DNA of 49,086 nt from Candidatus Aegiribacteria sp. (GTDB lineage: Bacteria; Fermentibacterota; Fermentibacteria; Fermentibacterales; JCC-6). Below, one piece after another: positions 9,031-18,638 of the stretch; position 1 is the first letter of the stretch, and every line of letters begins with the position of its first letter. The notes below the pieces were generated by a model. That model did not search any database, was not told the DNA's origin, and was given only the letters and a program-made list of their open reading frames with translations. The translations under genes and the position numbers were made by a program. The DNA is taken from contig DAOWFD010000382.1 of assembly GCA_030638185.1 (NCBI GenBank), forward strand, positions 1 through 49,086, read 5' to 3'.

Positions 9031-9119
9031 GTTTTTGTGCATCATTTCGGTTTATATTCCCCCGATACAATCTGATTTTCAAATACTATCAAAATAGCAA
9101 TTATCGAAAGAGGTACTTC

Positions 9120-10061
9120 ATGGCTGTGAATTTCAGGGGGCGAAGTCTGCTTACGCTTCTGGATCTATCGGGGGACGATATACGATACCTTATCGATGTA
9201 TCTCACCTGCTCAAGGCCGAAAGAACCGCTTTTCAGGTAAACCGGAGATTCAGAGGAAAAACCCTTGCCATGCTCTTCGAGAAGAGATCAACAAGAACGC
9301 GGTGCGCCTTTGAAACGGCATTCGGGGAAGAGGGCGGTCACCCGGTATTCCTCTCCAGCTCCGATATCCAGCTTGGAGTAAAGGAAAGTATCGAAGATAC
9401 TGCCAGGGTTCTCGGAAGAATGTTCGATGCAATCATGTTCAGAGGCTTCAGCCAGCAGACCGTGGAAACACTTGCGGAATTTTCCGGTGTGCCCGTTTAC
9501 AATGGACTGACTGACATGTTCCATCCTACACAGGTTCTTGCGGATCTGATGACCATGGAAGAGAACTTCGGACATCTGGCCGGTCTGAATTTCGTGTTTA
9601 CAGGTGACGGCAGGAACAATATGGCAAACAGTCTTATGGTGGGATGTGCCGTTATGGGAGTGAACTGTACAATTCTGGCACCTGATTCTCTATATCCTGA
9701 ATCCGAGCTTGTTGATACTGCATCTCAGATTGCTTATGATTCCGGTTCGACTCTTACTGTAACGTCTTCACTTGAAGAAGCTGTACCGGGGGCTGATGTA
9801 ATTTACACCGATGTATGGGTATCCATGGGCGAAGAGGACAAGGCAGGGGAAAGAATTGAACTTCTGGAGCCCTACAGGGTCAACTCGGAAATGATGGAAC
9901 AGGCGGACAATTCCGGAGTTATCTTCATGCATTGCCTGCCTGCGGTGAAGGGCAATGAAGTTACTGTGGATGTCATAGAGGGCAAATCTTCTGTTGTCTG
10001 GGATGAGGCTGAGAACAGAAAGCACACCATAAAAGCCCTTATGGTGGCCAGCCTGTTATAG
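9120..10061 (+). CDS. argF: Ornithine carbamoyltransferase
   Basis: STRT, HPTQ, DVWVSMG, HCLP and AENR motifs. Confidence 0.95.
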   Translation: MAVNFRGRSLLTLLDLSGDDIRYLIDVSHLLKAERTAFQVNRRFRGKTLAMLFEKRSTRTRCAFETAFGEEGGHPVFLSSSDIQLGVKESIEDTARVLGRMFDAIMFRGFSQQTVETLAEFSGVPVYNGLTDMFHPTQVLADLMTMEENFGHLAGLNFVFTGDGRNNMANSLMVGCAVMGVNCTILAPDSLYPESELVDTASQIAYDSGSTLTVTSSLEEAVPGADVIYTDVWVSMGEEDKAGERIELLEPYRVNSEMMEQADNSGVIFMHCLPAVKGNEVTVDVIEGKSSVVWDEAENRKHTIKALMVASLL

Positions 10062-10153
10062 AATGAAGGCTGAATCGAGGAGACAGATATGCCTGATAAT
10101 TGCGAACCGGGAATATATGCTTTTCTTCGTATACCCTATGTGAGGATGAATGG

Positions 10154-11386
10154 ATGATCCTTCTTATACTGTTAACCTTAATTGGTGAAGACACTGGTTT
10201 TTTCAGCGATGGTATTGAATTCATGGATGCAGGAAATGATTACATGTTTCAATCCCAGCCTCTGCATGAAGACATAAACTCTTTTGAGTATATAGTTGGT
10301 CCTGGCGATATATTCTGGTTCCTTATTCAGGGAGGCATTCCGAGTGAATATTCAGGGTTCGGGTCATCACTACTGAGAATATGCGTGACACCTGACGGTT
10401 ATGCTATAATACCCTCTGTCGGGGCATGGAAGGTTTCAGGCATGACATTGTGCGAAGCCTCCGCTGTCATTGAAAATGGTTTTGCGTCCAGGTTCCCGGG
10501 TTTGAGAGGTATGGCAGGCCTGGCAAGCCTCAGGACATTCAGATTACCGGTAACCGGACAGGTTGGTTCTCCGGGGATACAAGGCGCAACTGGAGCGCAT
10601 AGACTGGTTTACCTTCTTAACAATGCAGGAGGAATAACTCCGGCCGGAAGCTGGACTTCGATTCAAATTATTCATTCTAATGGTGATACTACTAAAGTAA
10701 ATATCACAGATTACCTTATACACGGCGATATGCTTGCCAACCCATATCTCAATTCCGGAGACAGAGTACATGTCCCCGAAGCAGAGGAATTCGTCTGGGT
10801 GGAAGGAGCAGTCAGGCTTTCGGGTTCATTGTCTTCCTCTTTGGAATGCGGTTCTGAGCAGATTACCTGGAGAGGGAGTGTAAGAGGCATGATTGAATAC
10901 ATCCCTGGAGAGACAGCACATGATTTTATTCTAAGGGTTGGAGGAACCAAATCATGGGCCTTCAGGGACAGTTGTTACATTTTAAGGTCTATTGATGATT
11001 CCGGTGAAGTAAGAATATCTGCGCCACTTGATAATCCCGATATTGATCCTGAACTTCTTCCCGGTGACATAGTTGTATGCCCTGGTGTTCCTCCTGTGGT
11101 ATCGGTGACAGGATGTGTGTATTCTCCCGGTATATATCCTTATACAGCTGGAATGGATGCCTACTTCTACATTTTTCAAGCGGGCGGATTTGACAACGTG
11201 GCTTCCGAATCCGGGATTCGAATTATTCTTACTGGAGGTGAGGAAAAAACGATTGATGAAATTTCCGCAATTCCTCCCGGAGCTGCGATTACAGTTCCCC
11301 GAAAGATTTTAGTGGGCTGGCAGGATCCTCTGCTGATCTTTACGAGCATTGCGTCGATAGTTATCGCGTGGAAGAGTCTGAACTGA
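10154..11386 (+). CDS. SLBB-domain polysaccharide export protein (Wza/KpsD-like)
   Basis: YIVGPGD, VTGQVGSPG, NPYLNSGDRVHVP and VTGCVYSPG SLBB repeats; ATG at 10154 with GAGGA RBS. Confidence 0.85.
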   Translation: MILLILLTLIGEDTGFFSDGIEFMDAGNDYMFQSQPLHEDINSFEYIVGPGDIFWFLIQGGIPSEYSGFGSSLLRICVTPDGYAIIPSVGAWKVSGMTLCEASAVIENGFASRFPGLRGMAGLASLRTFRLPVTGQVGSPGIQGATGAHRLVYLLNNAGGITPAGSWTSIQIIHSNGDTTKVNITDYLIHGDMLANPYLNSGDRVHVPEAEEFVWVEGAVRLSGSLSSSLECGSEQITWRGSVRGMIEYIPGETAHDFILRVGGTKSWAFRDSCYILRSIDDSGEVRISAPLDNPDIDPELLPGDIVVCPGVPPVVSVTGCVYSPGIYPYTAGMDAYFYIFQAGGFDNVASESGIRIILTGGEEKTIDEISAIPPGAAITVPRKILVGWQDPLLIFTSIASIVIAWKSLN

Positions 11387-11387
11387 T

Positions 11388-12632
11388 ATGAATAAGGGAA
11401 GACGGCCCCTGTGGTACCTCTACCTTCTGCTTAAAAACAGATGGTTTCTCGTAAAGGCACTTCTTATCATCATGATACCCACTGTTGTCATTACTTTCAT
11501 GCTGAAAAAGAAATACACAGTAACTACTGTAATTATGCCTCCCGAGGACCAGGCACCTTCGGGACTTTCCATTGCCGGTCTCGGGGTTTCCGAGTTTGCC
11601 GGTTACTTCAGCGGAGGAATGGGATTCTCTTTGCCCCTGATGACCACTATGTCGGATGTCTACGATGAGATACTGAAAAGCCGATCCCTTATAGAGCATG
11701 TAATTCTGTCAACAGCTTTCATCGATTCAACAGACCTCAGAAGCATTTACGATGAGAATGAGCAAGTAGGGCTCTACTGGGCAAGGATGAAGTTCAGGGA
11801 GAACTTCTCAGCGAATGTAACTCCGGCTGGATTTATTGGAATAGAGTACACCGCTGGGAATCCATGGTACGCTGTTGAAATTTCCGAATCCATTATCTCT
11901 ACCCTTGACAGCATAAATATAGACATTGTCTCAAGCCGGCTACACCAGACAAGATTCTATCTGGAAATACGTGCCGATATGGCTGATAGTATGCTTGTAA
12001 GTACAAGCCTTGCTATTAAGAGGTTTGAAGAGGAACATGACATGGTGGCTCCCGAACAGGAGATGACAGCGTATATCAACCGCCTTGGTTCACTGAAAAC
12101 GGAATACTCTATACTCATCATGGAAGTATCCGCCCTGAGGCAGGGCGTATCCGGTGCTCCAAGCGCTACTATTCTGTACAAGGAAAGGAAAGCAGCGGAA
12201 CTGCTGGATGTGATAAACATGCTTGAATCGGGTGTGGCAGCCCCGGGTTACGAGGATATCATGCCATCTGTAAACCTGGAAGACTTTACTGACATCAGCT
12301 TCGAATACGCTATTCTCAAAGCGGATTACAATATGGCTCTGATGCTTACAAATACCATTCAGTTAAGTCTGCAGGAGGTAATAGCTTCAGAAAACAGGGA
12401 ACAAATCCATATACGGGTTCTGGATCCGCCAAGACATCCCGGCTGGAAGAGTAAACCCAAAAAGATTTTTATCCTGCTGGAGGTGTTTCTTTTGGCGTTC
12501 ATTTCTCTGTTCGGGTTCCTTATAGCCAGGGAGAATATCCGGGATATTAAGAAGAAAAGACCTGAGCTGTGGGAACCATGGCGGAAACTGTTTGAAGAGA
12601 TCGGTAGGGATTTCTCCTTCAGAAGGAGATAG
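11388..12632 (+). CDS. Polysaccharide chain-length determinant / co-polymerase (Wzz/GumC-like, no kinase domain)
   Basis: Two TM helices flanking a coiled-coil region; RVLDPP...KSKPK proline-rich motif before TM2. Confidence 0.85.
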   Translation: MNKGRRPLWYLYLLLKNRWFLVKALLIIMIPTVVITFMLKKKYTVTTVIMPPEDQAPSGLSIAGLGVSEFAGYFSGGMGFSLPLMTTMSDVYDEILKSRSLIEHVILSTAFIDSTDLRSIYDENEQVGLYWARMKFRENFSANVTPAGFIGIEYTAGNPWYAVEISESIISTLDSINIDIVSSRLHQTRFYLEIRADMADSMLVSTSLAIKRFEEEHDMVAPEQEMTAYINRLGSLKTEYSILIMEVSALRQGVSGAPSATILYKERKAAELLDVINMLESGVAAPGYEDIMPSVNLEDFTDISFEYAILKADYNMALMLTNTIQLSLQEVIASENREQIHIRVLDPPRHPGWKSKPKKIFILLEVFLLAFISLFGFLIARENIRDIKKKRPELWEPWRKLFEEIGRDFSFRRR

Positions 12633-12640
12633 CCCTTAAC

Positions 12641-13552
12641 TCAAGAGTCCTTTTCGTTCATGAAATCGACGTATTTCCCGTAGCGTATGTCCGATATTGA
12701 TCCATTATCAAGCGCTGATTTAACTGCGCAACCGGGTTCGGAAAGGTGCAGACAGTCTCGAAACTTGCATTCACCAAGACAATGTCTGAATTCGGGGAAA
12801 CAGAACTGCAGATCATTCCGGGGAATATGATCAATGGAGAACATTCTCAAACCGGGAGTGTCGATAACGGCAGTATTTCTTTCCAGAGGAATCAGTCTGG
12901 TGGCAACCGTAGTATGCTTCCCTTTGCTGGTCTTAGGATTAAGGCTGCCTATCCTTACTTCAAGGGATGGATTGTAATACTTTACCAGCGAGGTTTTTCC
13001 CACTCCGGACGGCCCTGTCATGACAACGGTCATACCCCTTATGTGTTCAAGCAGTTCATCCATGCCGTGACCCGTTATGCAGCTGACCGGAAAGAGAGAA
13101 TAACCTGTTCTCTCGAGGTTATATGTGACGAGGATCCTGTTTTTCAGCTCTTCATCCTGGCTGCGGCAGAGATCCATCTTGTTCAGCACAATTGTCGCTT
13201 TCAATTCCTTCCAGCTGGAAGCTGCAAGAGCCCTGCAGAGAAAACCGTCACTGAAAGCAGGCCACTTAATCGAGGTGACTACAAGGACCATGTTCACGTT
13301 GGCGGCAATTATCTGCGTTGATACGCCGTTCGACGATGTACGCTGAAGGACACCGGATCTCGGGAGTATTCTTTCAACAAGCGGTATGGCACCGGTTGTG
13401 ACTGCGAGAGCGTAATCACCTGTCACCGGTTGTATTTCATGGTAGACCCGCCCGGCTACTCTTGCTCCCGTCTCGAAGCCGCTCTCATCGATGATTGTGA
13501 CACCTCTTCTCCCGACGGAAGAGATTCTGCAGGTAAATTCTCCGGTTTTCAG
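12641..13552 (-). CDS. rsgA: Ribosome small subunit-dependent GTPase A (start probably CTG at 13552)
   Basis: NKMD, GPSGVGKT, GKHTT, DTPG and CKFRDCLHLSEPGC Zn motif; frame is open upstream of the GTG at 13426. Confidence 0.93.
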   Translation of the reverse strand: MKTGEFTCRISSVGRRGVTIIDESGFETGARVAGRVYHEIQPVTGDYALAVTTGAIPLVERILPRSGVLQRTSSNGVSTQIIAANVNMVLVVTSIKWPAFSDGFLCRALAASSWKELKATIVLNKMDLCRSQDEELKNRILVTYNLERTGYSLFPVSCITGHGMDELLEHIRGMTVVMTGPSGVGKTSLVKYYNPSLEVRIGSLNPKTSKGKHTTVATRLIPLERNTAVIDTPGLRMFSIDHIPRNDLQFCFPEFRHCLGECKFRDCLHLSEPGCAVKSALDNGSISDIRYGKYVDFMNEKDS

Positions 13553-13866
13553 AAAGGAACTCCCGGTGAATCGGGCTCTGTGAATCTTACAATGTATTCA
13601 CCCGGGCGGCCCCACCCAAGAATTTCCCTTACCATTCTTTCCAGAAAGAGGGAATCACTTCGTAGCCGCTGGATCTCCGATTCAAGAGAATCTATTTCCG
13701 TTTGAAGGTCGTCGATTAACAGTGAGATACTGTCGACATCTCCCTTCAGTCCAGCAAGGGCAATGAATCCATGTCTGTTGAAGACAAGAATCGCGGCAAC
13801 TATTACGAAGACTGAAACAAGTATTACATAAAACAATCTTCTGTTGCCGTTGCCCCGGCGCCTCAA
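13549..13866 (-). CDS. ftsB: Septum formation initiator (FtsB/DivIC family)
   Basis: One TM helix, coiled coil, LERMVREILGWGRPGE motif; eno-ftsB synteny. Confidence 0.85.
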   Translation of the reverse strand: MRRRGNGNRRLFYVILVSVFVIVAAILVFNRHGFIALAGLKGDVDSISLLIDDLQTEIDSLESEIQRLRSDSLFLERMVREILGWGRPGEYIVRFTEPDSPGVPF

Positions 13867-13867
13867 A

Positions 13868-15157
13868 TCAGACCTCGGTGGTTTTTTCGAATATTTGTGC
13901 TCCTCTGAAAACAGCCTGAGTCCCGAGTTCTTCCTCTATTCTCAGCAGCTGATTGTACTTGGCAACCCTGTCAGTTCTGCAGGAGGATCCTGTTTTCAGA
14001 AGGTCAGTGTTCATGGCCACAGTAAAATCACTGATATATGTATCCTCCGTTTCACCGCTCCTGTGGCTCACAACCGCCTTCCAGCCGTTCTTCTGGGCCA
14101 GGTTCACAGTGTTAATCGTTTCGGTTACTGTTCCAATCTGGTTCAACTTGATAAGGATCGAGTTGGCCGCAGAGCACTTGATAGCCCTTGACAGCCTTTC
14201 CTCACTGGTTACAAGAAGATCGTCTCCGATAATAAGTATCCTGTCCCCGAGAAGGCGGTTCATCCTCACCCAGCCTTCCCAGTCATCCTCGGCCAGCCCG
14301 TCCTCGATACTTACAATGGGGAAGTCATTGATCAACTCTCTCCAATATTCCACCAGCTGGTCGGAAGTCAGCCCGTCAGGATCACATCCGTGCATGAAAT
14401 AACGGTCATCTCTGTAGAATTCGCTTGCAGCCGGATCAAGAGCGATAAAGACATTTTCACCGGCCGTGTATCCCGCATCCGTAATACTGTCAACGATCAT
14501 CTCCAGAGCTGCATTATTGGAAGGCAGGTCAGGGGCCAGTCCCCCCTCATCGCCCACGGCAGTTGAAAGACCCATAGACGATGCTCTGCGGTTCAGAGCA
14601 TGGAATATTTCTGTTCCCGCCTGAAGGGCTCTGCTGAAACATTCAAATCCTGCGGGAACTATCATGAATTCCTGTATATCGATAGGATTCGAAGCATGCT
14701 TTCCTCCGTTGAGAATATTCATGAAAGGTATCGGAAGGTGTCTTGCTCCCGGGCCGCCAAGATACCTGTACAGGGGAAGCCCGAGGTGGCTTGCTGCTGC
14801 CCTGGATACCGCCATTGAAACAGCCAGCATGGCGTTCGCTCCCAGCCTGCCCTTGTTGGGAGTTCCATCCAGCTGGATCATTATTTCGTCGATTGATGCC
14901 TGGTTCATTGCCGAAAGACCGTATATCTCCGGCGCAATGAGCTTTTCAATGTTTTCAAGAGCCTTCAGCACGCCTTTCCCGTCGTAAGAGTCGCCGCCGT
15001 CTCTCAACTCAACAGCTTCATGTTCCCCCGTTGAGGCTCCACTTGGGACAGCCGCTCTTCCCCAGCCTCCGTTGAGAAGGAAAACCTCGACCTCAACCGT
15101 GGGATTTCCTCTGGAATCGAGGATCTGGCGTGCGTGAATATCGATTATATCAGGCAT
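13868..15157 (-). CDS. eno: Enolase
   Basis: ILDSRGNPTVE, VPSGASTG, VSHRSGETED, KYNQLLRIEEEL. Confidence 0.98.
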   Translation of the reverse strand: MPDIIDIHARQILDSRGNPTVEVEVFLLNGGWGRAAVPSGASTGEHEAVELRDGGDSYDGKGVLKALENIEKLIAPEIYGLSAMNQASIDEIMIQLDGTPNKGRLGANAMLAVSMAVSRAAASHLGLPLYRYLGGPGARHLPIPFMNILNGGKHASNPIDIQEFMIVPAGFECFSRALQAGTEIFHALNRRASSMGLSTAVGDEGGLAPDLPSNNAALEMIVDSITDAGYTAGENVFIALDPAASEFYRDDRYFMHGCDPDGLTSDQLVEYWRELINDFPIVSIEDGLAEDDWEGWVRMNRLLGDRILIIGDDLLVTSEERLSRAIKCSAANSILIKLNQIGTVTETINTVNLAQKNGWKAVVSHRSGETEDTYISDFTVAMNTDLLKTGSSCRTDRVAKYNQLLRIEEELGTQAVFRGAQIFEKTTEV

Positions 15158-15244
15158 CTGTATTCCTTTCTTATGTATGTATTTTCATGTTGGAATATAC
15201 AGCATGACTAACTATTCGAGTATGAATTTCATATGAGCAGTATT

Positions 15245-17227
15245 CTACGAAAACATAACCTGGTTCGATCCCATTGATATGTACTGGTCAATAATCTCTT
15301 CAGGTGTGGTTGTTTTCAGAACAGAAAGGATGGCTTTGCTTATCCGCGGGTCAAACTGAGTCCCACTGTTCTTTTCTATTTCACTTATCGCGAAATCAAT
15401 ACTGAGTGAGTCTCTATAAATCCGATCTGATGTCATGGCATCGAAACAGTCAGCGACAGCGAGCATCCTGGCATGGAAAGGTATATCTTCTCCTGAAAGC
15501 CCGGCCGGATAACCCTTTCCGTCGAATCTTTCGTGATGGTACCTGACCGCGTCTATGAAACTTGCGAATGCGGTAACGGGCCTGAGGATATTGTAACCTA
15601 CCTCCGGATGAGTCATGATGACACTGTACTCCTCCCGCGTAAGGGAACCTTCCTTGTTCAATATTGCTTCAGGTATGCCTATCTTACCTATATCATGAAG
15701 AAGGGCGGCGTTATTCAGCAGAGAGATTTCTCTGGAAGGAAGTCTCATTCGCGCGGCGATACTGGAGACATATGCCGCTACGTTCCTGGAGTGGTCGTGA
15801 GTATAGGGGTCCTTAGCGTCTACTGCGCTGGCCAGAGCCGAGATGGCCTGGATGTAGTTTCTCTCGCTTGTTTCAAACAGGTAGGCATTACTCACAGCCG
15901 CAGCAGCGTGCCTTATGAGGATGGGAATGTATGATGGAACTCTGCTGGATATCTTCTCCTTAGGCCAACTTGCAAGTGCTATCATTCCCCTGAACGAACC
16001 GAATTCGCCAAGATCCAGAATATCTACAACAGGTGGACTCTGCCAGTCGGCGGCCCTTGCGCTGGCGAAAGAATCCCTGATTCCACTGTCGAGGAAAAGC
16101 TTAACGTCGTTGCTGTCCTGTGTTTTCTCAAGAAAAGTGCGGAAATCCGTCCCAAGAACATCTTCGGGAATATCGGATCTTACCAGCATGTAACTGAGAG
16201 GTATCATATCCTTACCGCTGAGGAAAATTCCGAAAAGGTCAAATGCAACCATGGATTTTAACCCCAGGCTTATGGAGGAAAGAACATGGCTTGTATCGAG
16301 GAAAGAGGAAAATTCCGCGGCGAGCATGTTAACCTTCTCGAGATTATCGGCCTGCTCTCTGAGATTGGAAGCCATCCCGTAGGTCGTAAGCTGATTACCC
16401 GCCTGAGCGGAAAACAGTCCCATGAGTTTAAGATCGCGCGAGGTGAAGGACGCTGGATAATGTGATCTCGTGACCAGGCATACTCCGAGGTTGCCCTCCG
16501 GACTGGGAATTGGAACAGCCATCAGGGAAAATATTCCAGTGTTCTCGGGAAAAGGGTGTTCCGAGCCTTCACCTGCAAGATAACCCCCTTCGCTTCGCAG
16601 GGCCACTTTACTTGTAGACTCCCAGACTTCTTCGTTCAGAAGCTCTTCATTTCCAGATCCTGTCTTTCTCAGAAGAGAAAGTCCTCCGGGCTCTTCCGCC
16701 AGGTATATCCTCGCAGAATCTCCCCTGAAAGTCTTTTTCAGGCTGATGACCAGATTATCCAGATATGACTGAAGGGACTGTTTGGAGATGTTGATATTAA
16801 CGGTTAGATCGTAAAGGTCTTTCAGTTCAGGTGAAGGGAGAACTGAAAGCTGTTTTCCTCGTACTTCAAGGGCTCTGTCAACCGTCTGGTTGAGTTCCAC
16901 CATCTTGAAGGGCTTCGTAATAAAGTCAAAAGCTCCTCTCTTAATAGCATCCTTCGCTAAATCGATTGAGCCATGTCCGGTAATAAGGATTACGAAAGTG
17001 TCAGGGTACTCATCTCTTACCTTTGATGCAAGATCAAGACCATCGATATCAGGCATCATTATATCGCTGAGTATCAAGCTGAAGGATGTCTTTTTAAGGA
17101 TTTCCAGGGCCTTCGCACCATTCTCAGCTTCTTCGACGAAGAAATTCTGGAGTTCAAGAACTTCCCGGCAAAAGGTTCTTACCCTCTCATCATCATCCAC
17201 TACCAGGATCCTGGCCTTCGCAGTCAT
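15245..17227 (-). CDS. Response regulator with REC, GAF-like and HD-GYP (c-di-GMP phosphodiesterase) domains
   Basis: ILVVDDD, SDIMMP and TKPF receiver motifs; LLHDIGKIG and HHERFDGKGYP are intact. Confidence 0.92.
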   Translation of the reverse strand: MTAKARILVVDDDERVRTFCREVLELQNFFVEEAENGAKALEILKKTSFSLILSDIMMPDIDGLDLASKVRDEYPDTFVILITGHGSIDLAKDAIKRGAFDFITKPFKMVELNQTVDRALEVRGKQLSVLPSPELKDLYDLTVNINISKQSLQSYLDNLVISLKKTFRGDSARIYLAEEPGGLSLLRKTGSGNEELLNEEVWESTSKVALRSEGGYLAGEGSEHPFPENTGIFSLMAVPIPSPEGNLGVCLVTRSHYPASFTSRDLKLMGLFSAQAGNQLTTYGMASNLREQADNLEKVNMLAAEFSSFLDTSHVLSSISLGLKSMVAFDLFGIFLSGKDMIPLSYMLVRSDIPEDVLGTDFRTFLEKTQDSNDVKLFLDSGIRDSFASARAADWQSPPVVDILDLGEFGSFRGMIALASWPKEKISSRVPSYIPILIRHAAAAVSNAYLFETSERNYIQAISALASAVDAKDPYTHDHSRNVAAYVSSIAARMRLPSREISLLNNAALLHDIGKIGIPEAILNKEGSLTREEYSVIMTHPEVGYNILRPVTAFASFIDAVRYHHERFDGKGYPAGLSGEDIPFHARMLAVADCFDAMTSDRIYRDSLSIDFAISEIEKNSGTQFDPRISKAILSVLKTTTPEEIIDQYISMGSNQVMFS

Positions 17228-18601
17228 TCACTTCCTGCCTGTATCTTTTGCTATTCCGAGACTGTTTATCCGAGCAAGAAGGGTGGTCCTTTTAAGGCCG
17301 AGCAGCCTGGCTGCAAGTGTTCTATTCCCTTTGCTCTGCTTCAGTGTATTAATGATATAGTGCTTCTCAATGTTTTCCAATAGGGAATCAAGTTGGATTC
17401 CATCACTGGAGGGATGGATATCCGGCAGATTGCCATGTGAGGGCAGCATTTTTCCGGGAAGATCCTTCGGCAGTATTACATTGTTCTCACACAGAACCCA
17501 GGCCCGCTCCATGATGTTTTCCAGTTCCCTGACGTTTCCCGGCCAGTGATATGAAAGAAGAATTGAGACTGAACTGGAACTCAGAACGCATGAATCTTGC
17601 TTCTCAGAGCCCGTCAGTCTTGAAAGAAAATGCTCTGTAAGAGGAAGAATATCGTCGGTTCTATGTCTGAGAGGAGGTACGTGAACCTCAATGACATTGA
17701 GTCTGTAGTAAAGGTCTTCCCTGAACTCGTTCTTACTCATTGCCTCCTCGAGGTTAATATTGGTGGCAGTGATAAGTCGGACATCTGTGGTTTGAACATC
17801 AGAACTCCCGACGGGCGAAAATTCCCCGTCCTGAAGAACCCTGAGGAGCTTGACCTGCATAGCAGGGCTCATGTTTCCCACCTCATCCAGGAAAAGCGTT
17901 CCCCCGTCGGCAACATGAAACCGTCCGTGGGTTGTGGCTGTTGCGCCTGTGAAAGCTCCCTTGACATGACCGAACAATTCACTTTCAAGAAGCCCCTCCG
18001 GGATGGCACCTGAATTAACCGATATGAACGGCTGAGTGGATCTCAGGGAATTGTTGTGAATAGCCCGCGCTATCAGCTCCTTGCCGGTTCCACTCTCTCC
18101 GGTAACAAGGATGGTGCTGTCCGTCTTCGCAATTTTGTTTACCAGCTCCATCAACTGTTCCATGAGATGGCTTCTGTATACTATCTTCCGGAATCTTCTA
18201 CCCCTGATCGGACTGAATGATGCATGAATGGCATTGTTTACTGCAGCCAGTACTGTCCCCGTGGTGAAAGGCTTTGGTATGTAATCCATAGCTCCCAGCC
18301 TCAGCGCCGTCTTGGTACTCTCGATGGTAGCAAAACCGGTGATCACTATTACGGGAAGAAAAGGGTACTTCTTTCCCGTTATTTCAAGAATCTCAAGCCC
18401 GGAAATATCGGGCAGCCTTATATCGGTTATCAGAAGATCATAGCCGTTATCTTTTCTGAGCTTGCGAAGTCCTTCTTTTCCACACTCCGCTGTGTCGCAA
18501 AGGTATCCGGAAAGTTCAAGTGTTTCCTTTAGAAAAGATGTAATATGCTCTTCATCATCGATTACCAGTATTCTATTTTTCTTCGTATTATTGTTATTCA
18601 T
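17228..18601 (-). CDS. Sigma54-dependent response regulator (NtrC family)
   Basis: REC (TDIRLP, IPKP), GESGTGKE, GAFTGA, WPGNVREL, C-terminal Fis-type HTH. Confidence 0.95.
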   Translation of the reverse strand: MNNNNTKKNRILVIDDEEHITSFLKETLELSGYLCDTAECGKEGLRKLRKDNGYDLLITDIRLPDISGLEILEITGKKYPFLPVIVITGFATIESTKTALRLGAMDYIPKPFTTGTVLAAVNNAIHASFSPIRGRRFRKIVYRSHLMEQLMELVNKIAKTDSTILVTGESGTGKELIARAIHNNSLRSTQPFISVNSGAIPEGLLESELFGHVKGAFTGATATTHGRFHVADGGTLFLDEVGNMSPAMQVKLLRVLQDGEFSPVGSSDVQTTDVRLITATNINLEEAMSKNEFREDLYYRLNVIEVHVPPLRHRTDDILPLTEHFLSRLTGSEKQDSCVLSSSSVSILLSYHWPGNVRELENIMERAWVLCENNVILPKDLPGKMLPSHGNLPDIHPSSDGIQLDSLLENIEKHYIINTLKQSKGNRTLAARLLGLKRTTLLARINSLGIAKDTGRK

Positions 18602-18610
18602 ATTGTTTAT

Positions 18611-18638
18611 ATAGTAACATTATTCTGATGGATGTCAA
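18611..18638 (-). promoter_or_regulatory. Sigma70-type promoter for the NtrC/HD-GYP operon
   Basis: Minus strand TTGACA (18638-18633), 16 bp, TACTAT (18616-18611). Confidence 0.55.
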
